Below, piece by piece: positions 28,201 to 36,967 of a DNA stretch of 48,896 bases. The number at the start of each line of letters is the position of its first letter. Position 1 is the first letter of the stretch. The DNA comes from Candidatus Spyradenecus sp. (GTDB lineage: Bacteria > Verrucomicrobiota > Kiritimatiellia > RFP12 > DVOR01). A program made the position numbers and the translations under genes. The notes under the pieces were generated by a model, which worked only from the letters and a program-made list of their open reading frames with translations, made no database searches and had not been told where the DNA came from. The stretch spans positions 1-48,896 of the forward strand of contig JAZRAG010000073.1 of NCBI GenBank assembly GCA_045634445.1, given 5' to 3'.

Positions 28201-28484
28201 AAACCGGTCTGACCACCGAGGTTCGGCAAAATGGCATCGGGACGTTCCTTAGCAATAATCTGCTCAAGGCGTTCCAAATTCAAAGGTTCGATGTAGGTTG
28301 CATCCGCCATCGTGGGGTCAGTCATGATTGTGGCGGGGTTAGAGTTCACAAGTACGATTTTGTACCCGAGAGCGCGGAGTGCCTTACAAGCCTGTGTACC
28401 AGAATAGTCAAACTCACAAGCCTGGCCGATCACGATAGGACCAGAGCCAATAATCAGCACTTTTTTGATATCCGAACGCTGCAT
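25278..28484 (-). CDS. carB: Carbamoyl-phosphate synthase large subunit
   Basis: IGSGPIVIGQACEFDYSG, duplicated ATP-grasp domains, GGGPNRIGQGIEFDY, MGS domain; carA is not adjacent. Confidence 0.98.
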   Translation of the reverse strand: MQRSDIKKVLIIGSGPIVIGQACEFDYSGTQACKALRALGYKIVLVNSNPATIMTDPTMADATYIEPLNLERLEQIIAKERPDAILPNLGGQTGLNMSSALAKAGILDKYGVMVIGVNLEAIERGEDRDIFKHTMEQLGIDTPRSGIANNMEEAEKIAEEIGFPMVIRPAYTMGGAGGGFVYNIEELHTIARKGLDLSMTHQILVEESIKGWEELEIEVVRDAKNQMICVCTIENIDPVGVHTGDSFCAAPMLTIAPETVERLKQMAFKIVEAIGVIGGTNVQFAHDPRTGRVVIIEINPRTSRSSALASKATGFPIALVSAKLAAGMTMDELPYWRDGTLEKYTPSGDYVVLKFARWAFEKFRAVEDKLGTQMKAVGEVMSIGKNYKEALQKAIRGLEKSRHGLGWVGWENYSLKELLDKLRTPSSETHFIMYEALRKGATDDQIFEACAVKAWFVQQMRELVQLEEQIIACKGNLPSDELLTQAKKDGFSDRYLAKLLGIPEKTIRERREAIGVVEGWHAVPVSGVEGKEYYYSTYNAPDELVIKENPKKVMILGGGPNRIGQGIEFDYCCCHAAFTLREMGYETVMVNCNPETVSTDYDTSDRLYFEPVTVEDVLQIYRKEKPYGIIVQFGGQTPLNIARELSDAGCNILGTSIDSIDIAEDRDLFRQMMDQLEIPMPESGMAINIDEAITVANQIGYPLMIRPSFVLGGRGMEVIYDENMLREYVAKAVGVTEDRPLLLDRFLQHALECEADAVSNGKDVFIPAVMEHVELAGVHSGDSACILPSANIPESCLETIRQYTQKIATALKVCGLMNMQYAIEKDKVYVLEANPRASRTVPLVSKVCAIQMASAATRLMLGEPMDSIGLKHGEIPYYGAKEAVCPFDKFPEVDPVLGPEMRSTGEVLGLARDSALAFCKSQEAANAALPHAGAVLASLSVKNEEAAQVLKAYTDLGFKLYATPGTKRFLDPFGIPSTSVAKIGKGRPNVLDLILNNQVQLVINTPSPRRDAHADGSSIRKAALKYQIPYMTTLAAASMAVKGVKAVREIGKGEVESIQEYHASIRYE

Positions 28485-28692
28485 ATTTAAATACCTTCCC
28501 TGTTAGAAGTCGAGCAGTGAGAATAACTCACCTAAACCGAGGCTATATGTTACCACAAATCACCCCATTAGTAAAGATAAATAGCGGAGATATTTACAGA
28601 AAATTGTCGCATTTTTGTTCGTTAGTGTCATACAACGCAAGACACTCGCGTAGCAAACGAATAAGACGCACATCATCAACCCCACAACAACG

Positions 28693-28721
28693 AAAAAGCG
28701 CTCCCTGCGAACAGAGAGCGC
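28693..28721 (-). terminator. Terminator after the BspA pair
   Basis: Minus strand GCGCTCTCTG-TTCG-CAGGGAGCGC-TTTTT. Confidence 0.8.
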
Positions 28722-28759
28722 CAACGAATCATAAATAACAAAAGGGATATTGGATTACC

Positions 28760-30355
28760 TTATTCACCTTTCACCACTTTGTAAAAGGCGGCATTGGAAG
28801 TTCCCTTCATTCGAACAGGGATTTCCTTGGATCCCGCTTCTTGCCATTGGCCCTCTAAGTCGGTCACCTTCTGGATGGCGATTTTGACCGTGGCGTAGCT
28901 GTCCTTTACTTTGACTAAAGGTGCTCCCTCTGCTAAGCCCTTGAGCCCTTCCTCGGTGTAGATGTCCTTGGCATCAAGGAGTTCTTGCTTCGCATCGTTT
29001 TTAGGCATAAGCTTACGCGCCTTGATATAGGCGTTTAATTGAAGCGTAGAGGTGAAGCACGCAGTGAGCGTAGTAACATCCTGTGCAGGCATTGTAAAGG
29101 TATAAGTGGGCTCTGCACTGACCATTTTACGCGTACTCGGATCGTACCAACCGCTAAACGTGTAATCTTCATCTGGATAGGCTTCAACCGTCACCGTAGC
29201 GCCAGCTTCATATGGTCCAAGACCACCAACGAGACCGCCACCAAAAATGTTTGTGGTCACATTGTAGATCGTCGTTGTATCTTGTTTTAACTTAACAAAA
29301 TTGACAACACTACGAACTTTTGCCGCCGTTCCCCAATAATACGTGCCAGAAGCATTATGAATGAGTTTAGGAGAAGCCTGCAACCAGCTCATCATATAGT
29401 CTTCATTAATGCGAATAACCGAATATTTGTTGTACTGCGGGAATGAATTTTCAAAAACCGTAAAACCATTGGTATGCTCAAAGTTAATAACAACCTTACA
29501 GAGTGTTGATTCAAAAACATGTTCACCAACATACTTCACCGTATTAGGCAGCGTCACATAACCTAAACTTGAACAGTTATAAAAGGCGCCCGCTTTAATC
29601 GTCTCAAGACCATTATTAAAGTTAACAGTGCTCAAGAGTCGAGCACTTTGAAAGGCATGCTCACCAATGGTCTTAACTGACGCAGGAATCGTGATAGCGG
29701 TCAATTTGGTTTCTTTAAAGGCCTCATCACCAATCTCCGTCAAACCCATAGGAAGGGTAATTGATGTTAAAGAAGCATTGCCATTAAACGCCCCGCCACT
29801 GATTTTTGTAAGTGAGCCAGGGAGCGTAAGCGCGCCCTCAAGGTTATACGTTGCTGCGATAAGGGTTGTATGATCTTTTGTGAGTAAGAGCTTCCCACCC
29901 TCTGCCGTAACAAAACCCGCACCTTCATCGACAATAAACTGTGTTAAAGACTTACAACCAGCAAAAGCAGATTCGCCAATCGTCTGTACGGTCGGAAGAA
30001 TTTCAATGGAGGTGATGTTTGTATTTGCGAAAGCCTTCGCGCCAATCTTCTTAATTGCGTAGTTAGCTACGCCACCAGTAAAATGGATCTCCTTCAACGA
30101 TGGGAATTCCGAAAAGGCATTCTCAGCAAATTCAGAGACCTGGACACCATCGAGATAGGGCGGGAAGTAGATGGTATTATAGCGTTCACCTTCGTCCAAA
30201 GGATACACTTTGTCAACGCGCGCCATACCATCGTCTAAAACAGTGTATTCACATCGCGCGCCAACAGCAGGCTCAACGCCTTGCCACGAGAGCACATCCG
30301 CCTTTAGTGAGAACGCACAAAAGGCACTCAAGAGAATCATTAAATACTTTTTCAT
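28760..30355 (-). CDS. Secreted BspA/LRR_5 protein with B-repeat-like domain and C-terminal sorting-like domain
   Basis: Start MKKYLMILLSAFCAFSLKA with GGAGG RBS; LRR_5 repeats; YEAGATVTVEAYP...FSGWY; ends NAAFYKVVKGE. Confidence 0.9.
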   Translation of the reverse strand: MKKYLMILLSAFCAFSLKADVLSWQGVEPAVGARCEYTVLDDGMARVDKVYPLDEGERYNTIYFPPYLDGVQVSEFAENAFSEFPSLKEIHFTGGVANYAIKKIGAKAFANTNITSIEILPTVQTIGESAFAGCKSLTQFIVDEGAGFVTAEGGKLLLTKDHTTLIAATYNLEGALTLPGSLTKISGGAFNGNASLTSITLPMGLTEIGDEAFKETKLTAITIPASVKTIGEHAFQSARLLSTVNFNNGLETIKAGAFYNCSSLGYVTLPNTVKYVGEHVFESTLCKVVINFEHTNGFTVFENSFPQYNKYSVIRINEDYMMSWLQASPKLIHNASGTYYWGTAAKVRSVVNFVKLKQDTTTIYNVTTNIFGGGLVGGLGPYEAGATVTVEAYPDEDYTFSGWYDPSTRKMVSAEPTYTFTMPAQDVTTLTACFTSTLQLNAYIKARKLMPKNDAKQELLDAKDIYTEEGLKGLAEGAPLVKVKDSYATVKIAIQKVTDLEGQWQEAGSKEIPVRMKGTSNAAFYKVVKGE

Positions 30356-30368
30356 AGGTCCACCTCCC

Positions 30369-31997
30369 TTACGCTGCAGGTTGCTGTTCTTCTTCGGTTT
30401 CTTCTTCCGGCGTTTCGGCGGGGACATCTTCTGGCGCTTCTTCCGCTTCATCGCCCACGACAATAGCCTTGTAGAAGGCGGTCGTTTCATCATCGGCGCG
30501 TGTAATTTCAACCTTATCGCTTTGGAAGTTGTGTTCGTCTGGATCGGAGACAGCCACGATCACCAAGACTTTGCCATTTTCCACGCTCTTCACTTCAGGC
30601 GTTTCCAACACAAAAGTCTTTAAGCTGTCAGCGGTATAATATTCTTTACTCTTCAGGAGTTCGTCCTTGGCGGCCTCCTTGGTCATGAGCGCATTCGCCT
30701 GTACGTGTCGGTCGAGCGCAACTGTAGAAGTAAAGTATGCCAAAACATTCATCCCCGAATTTGGCATTGTAAAGGTGAAGGTAAACGCTTCCCCTTCGCC
30801 CGTATACCACTCGTCTGGATCCTTAGACCAACCGCAAAGTGTATAACCTTCGCTAGCATAAGCCGTCATCGTGACAGTTTCGCCTGGTTCATACCAACCC
30901 GAACCTCCGACGATACCTTCACCTACAATATGAACGTAGACAAAGTACTTTTGAGGCATCTCCGCGTCAATTTCCTCCATCTTGTGGAAGCCTAATTCCT
31001 TGTCACCCCCCTCGTAAGTTGTGAAGTATGTCTCCCAAGCCGTGGCATTCTTCTTAAGATAGTAACCACACGCAGTCGATTGAGTAGGAAATGATGACCA
31101 CGGATGACCGAGAGTTGGCGGATTTCCTTCAAAAGTCACAGACAGATTTGAACTATCGAAAAACGCATATTTACCAATGTCTGTAACGCTCGCGGGAATC
31201 GTAATTGTGGCCAACTTAGGGCATTGAGCAAACGTCCACTCTTCAATAATTTTTAACCCATCTGGGAGGGTTGCCTCTCTCAAGTCAGAGCAATGATTAA
31301 ATGCAGCATCCTCAATTGTTTCCACATTCCTAGGGATAGAGACCGAGGTTAATGCTGTGTAAGCAAAAGCGCTAGAGTGAATCGTTTTCACGGAACTTGG
31401 AATTACCACCGAGGTAAAAGAGCGATTATGACTTAAAGCACTGGTAGCAATGCCATTTATGCCCTCTGGCAACGTCAAGCACCCCGTCTCATCTGTCGCC
31501 GTTTCAAGCGCGGCCACCACTTCACACTTTGCACCGTTATTATCTGTGCGAATTAAGCAGCCGTCCTTCATTGAATAGCACGGATTCTTTATGTCAATTT
31601 CAACGTCTGTCAAGCTTGTGCACCCTTCAAACAACATTGGTGCAATCCACGTAAGCGTGCTCGGAAATGTTACACGTTTCAAACCCGTACATTCCAAAAA
31701 CGCACTATTATTAATGGTAGTGACACCTTCTGGAATTGACATTGAGGTAATTTCTGCGCTATTGGGGCTTATCGATCGGAAAAATGCCTGCGTACGAATA
31801 CGTCTCACGGGCTTCCCGTTGATGCTTGCAGGCATATCCAAATCGCCCTTGCCCGCGGTACCATCTATCTGAACTACAGTAGACTCGCCATCCTGATAGG
31901 TGCTATAGTACCAAGTAACACCGTTAATGTTAATCTCTGCGGCTTCAAGTAGCGTAACGCAAATAGTCGCGCACATTAAGAGAAAGACTTTTTTCAT
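30369..31997 (-). CDS. Secreted BspA/LRR_5 protein, paralogue of its neighbour, with acidic tail
   Basis: Signal MKKVFLLMCATICVTLLEA; LRR_5 repeats; GSGWYEPGETVTMTAY; TAFYKA followed by an E-rich tail. Confidence 0.9.
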   Translation of the reverse strand: MKKVFLLMCATICVTLLEAAEININGVTWYYSTYQDGESTVVQIDGTAGKGDLDMPASINGKPVRRIRTQAFFRSISPNSAEITSMSIPEGVTTINNSAFLECTGLKRVTFPSTLTWIAPMLFEGCTSLTDVEIDIKNPCYSMKDGCLIRTDNNGAKCEVVAALETATDETGCLTLPEGINGIATSALSHNRSFTSVVIPSSVKTIHSSAFAYTALTSVSIPRNVETIEDAAFNHCSDLREATLPDGLKIIEEWTFAQCPKLATITIPASVTDIGKYAFFDSSNLSVTFEGNPPTLGHPWSSFPTQSTACGYYLKKNATAWETYFTTYEGGDKELGFHKMEEIDAEMPQKYFVYVHIVGEGIVGGSGWYEPGETVTMTAYASEGYTLCGWSKDPDEWYTGEGEAFTFTFTMPNSGMNVLAYFTSTVALDRHVQANALMTKEAAKDELLKSKEYYTADSLKTFVLETPEVKSVENGKVLVIVAVSDPDEHNFQSDKVEITRADDETTAFYKAIVVGDEAEEAPEDVPAETPEEETEEEQQPAA

Positions 31998-32195
31998 GTA
32001 ATATTACCTAATTTTAAGCTCAAAACTGGCGAAATTATAGCAAAAACCATACCAATGATAAAAGTGTTATTTAGCACCAAAACGCCTTACCTCCACACCG
32101 ATTAAACACTGGAAAACATCTGTGTATAAATACTTTAATGCTATCATTCTTCCCCTACCTTTTGGGGTTATTCACTAAAAGGCTTGAATCCAATT

Positions 32196-32261
32196 TCAAA
32201 ACAACTGCTTTTAAAGTTCAATTGAGGTTCAATTGAAGCGCAAAACAACCCTTTTTCAAAT
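32196..32261 (+). repeat. TCAAAACAACC-family units 44 bp apart with a TTCAATTGA palindromic spacer
   Basis: TCAAAACAACTGC at 32196 and GCAAAACAACCCTTTTT at 32240. Confidence 0.6.
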
Positions 32262-32334
32262 TCGCTTAAAAGCGGTTGTGTAGATGAGCTTAAAACAGTT
32301 AATGTGTTAGAATGATAGCGGAAGGATTTTGATT

Positions 32335-32790
32335 ATGTTTTTACTCTTTGTTTGCCATGGGAATATTTGCCGTTCAACGATGGCTGAGAGCGTGATGGCA
32401 CATCTTTTATCGAAAACGTATTTGGCGCAAACGGTACGCGTTGATTCTGCCGCCACGAGCACTGAGGAGATTGGCAATCCCCCACATTATGGAACGCAAC
32501 GCGAATTAGCGCGTCGTGGGGTACCCTTACGTCCGCATCGTGCACGTCGGATTACGCTTGAGGATGCCAAACAGGCCGATTGGATTTTGGCAATGGATGA
32601 AGCGAATGTGCGCAATCTGAAACGAATGTTACCCGCGTCTGAACATCCCAAAATTCGGCTTTTACTCTCTTTTACAGGGCGCGAAGAAGAAATCGCAGAT
32701 CCGTGGTATACGGGCAATTTCGCAATTACGTATGAAGACGTTCTCGAAGGATGTCAAACGCTTTTAAAGCAATTGCTCAAGCACGTTTAA
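32335..32790 (+). CDS. Low-molecular-weight protein-tyrosine phosphatase
   Basis: P-loop FVCHGNICRS, VDSAAT, IADPWY. Confidence 0.93.
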   Translation: MFLLFVCHGNICRSTMAESVMAHLLSKTYLAQTVRVDSAATSTEEIGNPPHYGTQRELARRGVPLRPHRARRITLEDAKQADWILAMDEANVRNLKRMLPASEHPKIRLLLSFTGREEEIADPWYTGNFAITYEDVLEGCQTLLKQLLKHV

Positions 32791-33875
32791 CGGCTCAACG
32801 TAAAGAGGGTGAGTTCGGTCGTGTAACAGAGTCTAAAGGGAAAGCCAATCCAAGTCGCACTTCCAGGTGCCACAAAGAGTGTCATCCCGTTGGGAAGCGT
32901 ATAGTTTCCGCGCACATAGCCATCGTTGAAGCGTTCCATCAACATCGCAAGGCCCGGAAATTGGCCGCCATGCGTATGACCTGAGAATTGAACGTCTACA
33001 CCGAGTGTATCGGCATCCTGCGCGATTGCAGGTTTATGAGCAAGCAAAAAGGTGCAGGCCGCAGCGGGGGAATGTTGCATCAACCCTTGTAAGCGTGGTA
33101 ACGTTTCGGAATTAGTGAGCGAACGCGAGTCTGGCACGCCCAGCAAGGTAATACCATTACAGTCTGCGCTTTTACCATCAAGCACTTCTAATCCAAGACT
33201 TTGATAGATGGCGAGATATTCCTCTACGCCAAACATAAATTCGTGATTACCGCTCACTAAAAACTTACCATAAGGCGCGACAATCTTCGCAAGTGGGGCA
33301 AGGTCGGCCATACGTAAGATCGGCTGACCATCAGCTTGGTCACCTGTAAAGAGCACCACATCGGGACGCGCCTCATTCAAACGCGCCACAAAACGTTCGC
33401 ACCATTCTTTACCGCGCAAACAATCAATGTGAAGATCCGCCACCACTGCGACACGCATGCCCTGAGCAGACGCCGGCAAGTCACGCACAGTAAGTGTACG
33501 TTCTACGATTGGGGGTTGACGAACGCCCAACCAGAGCATCACCGCTCCAAGCGCCATGCCACTTAACGGCGGTAACCAAGGCGAAACGTGCACGCGACAA
33601 AGGCGTAAAACCACCCACGCGATAGAGAAAAGCCCCATCAGCAAGGTAGCAATATCGCCCCATTTCGCTAGAATCAACAAGACTGTAGGCAATCCGTCTG
33701 GACACATTACTGGAAGATCAAGCAATTTCTGCAAGAGATATCCTTGCGCCGTGGCAAACGCACAAAAGCCCAATACCACACGTAACCACGTTGGCAACGG
33801 CAACTTTCGAATCGGTCCAAACGCAGTTAGTAATGCTAAACCGCAATAAATTACCCAAATCACTCGCATATGCAT
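32787..33875 (-). CDS. Membrane-bound metallophosphoesterase (YkuE/YaeI-like)
   Basis: N-terminal TMs; ADLH, TGD, SGNHE, AHKP, SGHTHGGQ. Confidence 0.92.
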   Translation of the reverse strand: MHMRVIWVIYCGLALLTAFGPIRKLPLPTWLRVVLGFCAFATAQGYLLQKLLDLPVMCPDGLPTVLLILAKWGDIATLLMGLFSIAWVVLRLCRVHVSPWLPPLSGMALGAVMLWLGVRQPPIVERTLTVRDLPASAQGMRVAVVADLHIDCLRGKEWCERFVARLNEARPDVVLFTGDQADGQPILRMADLAPLAKIVAPYGKFLVSGNHEFMFGVEEYLAIYQSLGLEVLDGKSADCNGITLLGVPDSRSLTNSETLPRLQGLMQHSPAAACTFLLAHKPAIAQDADTLGVDVQFSGHTHGGQFPGLAMLMERFNDGYVRGNYTLPNGMTLFVAPGSATWIGFPFRLCYTTELTLFTLSR

Positions 33876-33923
33876 TCAATTCCCCTAACAGTCAACTCAA
33901 AACAGTCACCTGACAACTAACGA

Positions 33924-34787
33924 TTATTGCGGCGTGACGTACGCCTTAATACGACCCCAAACGCCCGAGCTATTGCTTGGCGCAGACGCTACTTTGCCGC
34001 GTTTCTGACGGAAAATCCACTTAATCACCGCACGATCTTGGAGCGCACGCGTCCAGACATTATGACCCGCATTCGGATATTCGGTATACTTCGGTGTACC
34101 GCCCGCCTTCGTCATGGCAGCCACCATACGACGCGAACAATCCACAGGGACATTCACATCCTTCTCGCCATGAAACACCCAAATAGAGGTCGTCATCGCG
34201 TTTTTGATTTGCTCTTCTTGCAAAGAGCCCCCACTACAAATCGGCACCGCAGCCGCAAAGTAGTTGGGCCAACGCTGGATTGCATCCCACGTGCCAAAGC
34301 CCCCTAACGACAGCCCTACGATGTAAATCCGATCAGGGTCAGCGATACCCTCTGCCACCAATTGATCCAAATACTCCTTCACCGTACGCAAAGCAGGCGC
34401 AGGATAACGCGGAGCACGATAATCCTCCTTGAAGGCAATCGTACGCACCCAGGCATTACGTTGCGTACACTGTGGCACCAAATACAACGCTGGCGGAATA
34501 TCATCGTCAATTAAAGCCTGACGATGAATCGGCGCGAAAGGAGGAAGTTGCTTCGCATTCTCTTGACCGCACTCGCCACTGCCATGCAGCATCACCAAAA
34601 CTGGCACTGGCAAGTCACGCTTCTTGTAATTACGCCACACGCGGACAGGCATCGTTTCATTCATGTGGTTGGTGATGGCCGCAGGGACAAACATCTCTTG
34701 GATAGAGAATTGAGCTTGCAACGGCACTGCCGTCACAAGCCCAAACAATACGGTCAAGCACAAGGATAGCCGTAAGCGCAGGCTCAT
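33924..34787 (-). CDS. Secreted alpha/beta hydrolase (esterase/peptidase-like)
   Basis: Signal peptide; LHGSGE, GLSLGG nucleophile elbow, FHGEKD, AGHNVW. Confidence 0.9.
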   Translation of the reverse strand: MSLRLRLSLCLTVLFGLVTAVPLQAQFSIQEMFVPAAITNHMNETMPVRVWRNYKKRDLPVPVLVMLHGSGECGQENAKQLPPFAPIHRQALIDDDIPPALYLVPQCTQRNAWVRTIAFKEDYRAPRYPAPALRTVKEYLDQLVAEGIADPDRIYIVGLSLGGFGTWDAIQRWPNYFAAAVPICSGGSLQEEQIKNAMTTSIWVFHGEKDVNVPVDCSRRMVAAMTKAGGTPKYTEYPNAGHNVWTRALQDRAVIKWIFRQKRGKVASAPSNSSGVWGRIKAYVTPQ

Positions 34788-35608
34788 CGGCGCACCTCAA
34801 CCTTACCCCATTCCTCAAGTTTCGAGGCGATAAAGTCCACACACTGCGCCTGTGCCTCCTTCGCATTCTCACGCGTCACACGAATTGCAGGACCGCAAGC
34901 AAAGCGTACCGGCACAGAGGTATCAATCGGACCAAAGTCCTTCGTATACTTACCCACGCCAAGGAAAGAGGTCTGACCCGCCACCGGCACAATGCAAACG
35001 CCGGCATTCTGTGCCAATTTCACACCAAGCGTGTTGAACTTACGGCAGTCAAAGAACGGCTGACGTGTACCCTGAGGATAGAGCAACACCGAAGCCTTAT
35101 CTTCACGAATGTAACGTTCGCCCTGTTCCAACACCGCCTTGAGGTCCGCACGCGGATCAGAACGGCCCAAAGCAATCGTCTTGAGCGTCGAGAAGGTCTG
35201 ACCCAAAAGCGGCACGCGAAGGAGCGACTCCTTCAACACGATTGCCACATCGGTAAAAGCGCGCATCAAAGGCGGGAAAGCAAAGGTTTCATAAAGGCTC
35301 ATGTGGTTACTCACCACCACACAAGGACCCGCTTCCTTTAAGTTCTCAAAGCCCTCAATGATGACTTCCGTACCCAAGCGTTCGGTTTCCCACAACAAGT
35401 GCAAGCCGCACTCTGCCCAACGCTGCACATCAAACTTACCTTGGTGCGACAACCACGTTGCGCGCAACATCGAGCCCCCTAACCCACGGAAATTGTAGGT
35501 CAAAGAGGTCAACAAGCCATTCTTATGTGGCTTACCCAAAGCTTCTGCAGGGGTACGGTAAGAACCCGTCTGCTTAAATGCTTCCAAGAAATCTGCTACT
35601 TCACGCAT
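34784..35608 (-). CDS. Lysophospholipid acyltransferase (PlsC family)
   Basis: VSNHMSLYE (HX4E variant), LKESL, YPQGTR. Confidence 0.85.
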   Translation of the reverse strand: MREVADFLEAFKQTGSYRTPAEALGKPHKNGLLTSLTYNFRGLGGSMLRATWLSHQGKFDVQRWAECGLHLLWETERLGTEVIIEGFENLKEAGPCVVVSNHMSLYETFAFPPLMRAFTDVAIVLKESLLRVPLLGQTFSTLKTIALGRSDPRADLKAVLEQGERYIREDKASVLLYPQGTRQPFFDCRKFNTLGVKLAQNAGVCIVPVAGQTSFLGVGKYTKDFGPIDTSVPVRFACGPAIRVTRENAKEAQAQCVDFIASKLEEWGKVEVRR

Positions 35609-35629
35609 GATTCATATCCTTCCTAAAAC

Positions 35630-36451
35630 TTACTTCTGAAGCGACGCGGGACGCGTAGGGAAATAACCGCGTAATGCCTTCTCCGCTACCGAACGCGTAT
35701 CTTCAGGAAAATCACTCTTAATCATCCACTTCAAAAAGGCCTTGCCGTCTGGCACCTTGTCATTAGCCAAGTCCACCAACTTCGTGCCCTTCTTCTTGCC
35801 GAAATTAACGCATACTTCGCCATTAATCCAGCGCCAGCGCCCCATGCGGTCCACATTCAAGGGATCTAATGGGTTAAACATCTTGTCCAACGCATCCATA
35901 TCACGCGGAAGATCCTCGTAACGCTTAAACTGGCCAATCAAAACCTCAAGCGTCGCACGCGTATCTGCCATCGCACCATGCGCCTGATCACCCAAATCCT
36001 TGCCGCAATAAAACTTCAAAGCTGCCGTCAAATCACGCGGTTCGCGCTTATGATAAATCTTCTGCGCATCCAACAAACGACGACCTTCTGGATGGAAATC
36101 AAGGATGTCGCAACGCAAAAATTCTTCATTCAAAATCTGAGCATCAAAATAACCTGCAGAATAGCCCGCCAAATCACAACCTTCAAAGAAGGTGTAAATC
36201 TCGAAAGCCACTTCTGCAAATGTCGGGCAAAACGCCACATCCTCATTCGTAATATGATGAATCGCCACCACCTCTGGCGGGATCTCAATCTGCGGATTCA
36301 CACGCCACAACTTCTCATCGCGCGTACCATCCACATTCAAACGAATCGCGGCCAATTCCACAATGCGATCCGCGCGCGGCGACGTTCCCGTCGACTCAAT
36401 GTCAAAGACAACCAAAGGGCGATTTAATTTAACTGGAAAATCAAACTTCAT
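35630..36451 (-). CDS. DEDDh 3'-5' exonuclease (DnaQ/Pol III epsilon-like)
   Basis: VFDIESTG, YFD, AHGAMAD; C-terminal FGKKKG...FLKWM; start MKFDF at 36451. Confidence 0.9.
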   Translation of the reverse strand: MKFDFPVKLNRPLVVFDIESTGTSPRADRIVELAAIRLNVDGTRDEKLWRVNPQIEIPPEVVAIHHITNEDVAFCPTFAEVAFEIYTFFEGCDLAGYSAGYFDAQILNEEFLRCDILDFHPEGRRLLDAQKIYHKREPRDLTAALKFYCGKDLGDQAHGAMADTRATLEVLIGQFKRYEDLPRDMDALDKMFNPLDPLNVDRMGRWRWINGEVCVNFGKKKGTKLVDLANDKVPDGKAFLKWMIKSDFPEDTRSVAEKALRGYFPTRPASLQK

Positions 36452-36847
36452 AACGCCCCCTATTTTACCACAAAAACACGCCAAGCGCCTACTCTAAATC
36501 TACCATCCCCTCTCACTTATCAACCGTACACACCCCCAAAGCGACAAAACAACTCCCCTACACACTTAACCTCTCTCCCGCAAGACCGCTCCCATCCACT
36601 TCTTCCCTAATCCATAGTCCACATCTTTAGCGACGTCTCAAAGCCAAGTTTCCCTACAATTACTTTCTCAAAACCACAATTCACACGCTTAACACAGGTC
36701 TCTCAAAGACACCGAAGCCCCTCTTTACACGTTTCGCCCCTACGTAGCACATACTACACCTTACCCTCCGCTATGCCGAAAATAGACCCAAACGCAAGCT
36801 TTTACGCCTTTTATATTAATTTAGGTACAATTTTGCCATTTATTAAT

Positions 36848-36876
36848 TTGCATTTTGCGAGGTTATGTGGTATTTT
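36848..36876 (+). promoter_or_regulatory. ppdK promoter
   Basis: TTGCAT-17bp-TATTTT with extended -10 TG. Confidence 0.55.
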
Positions 36877-36967
36877 ATTCCTTTCACCCCGAATGGGGAG
36901 ACAAGTCTTTTTTGTCTAAGAATTTCGAATGCCTTCTATAGTGCACTAAGGAAGAAAGAAAGAAAAA

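Noticed and set aside
26148-28490. 780-aa ORF antisense to carB
   Set aside because: In-register shadow frame caused by biased codon use; no protein-like motifs.
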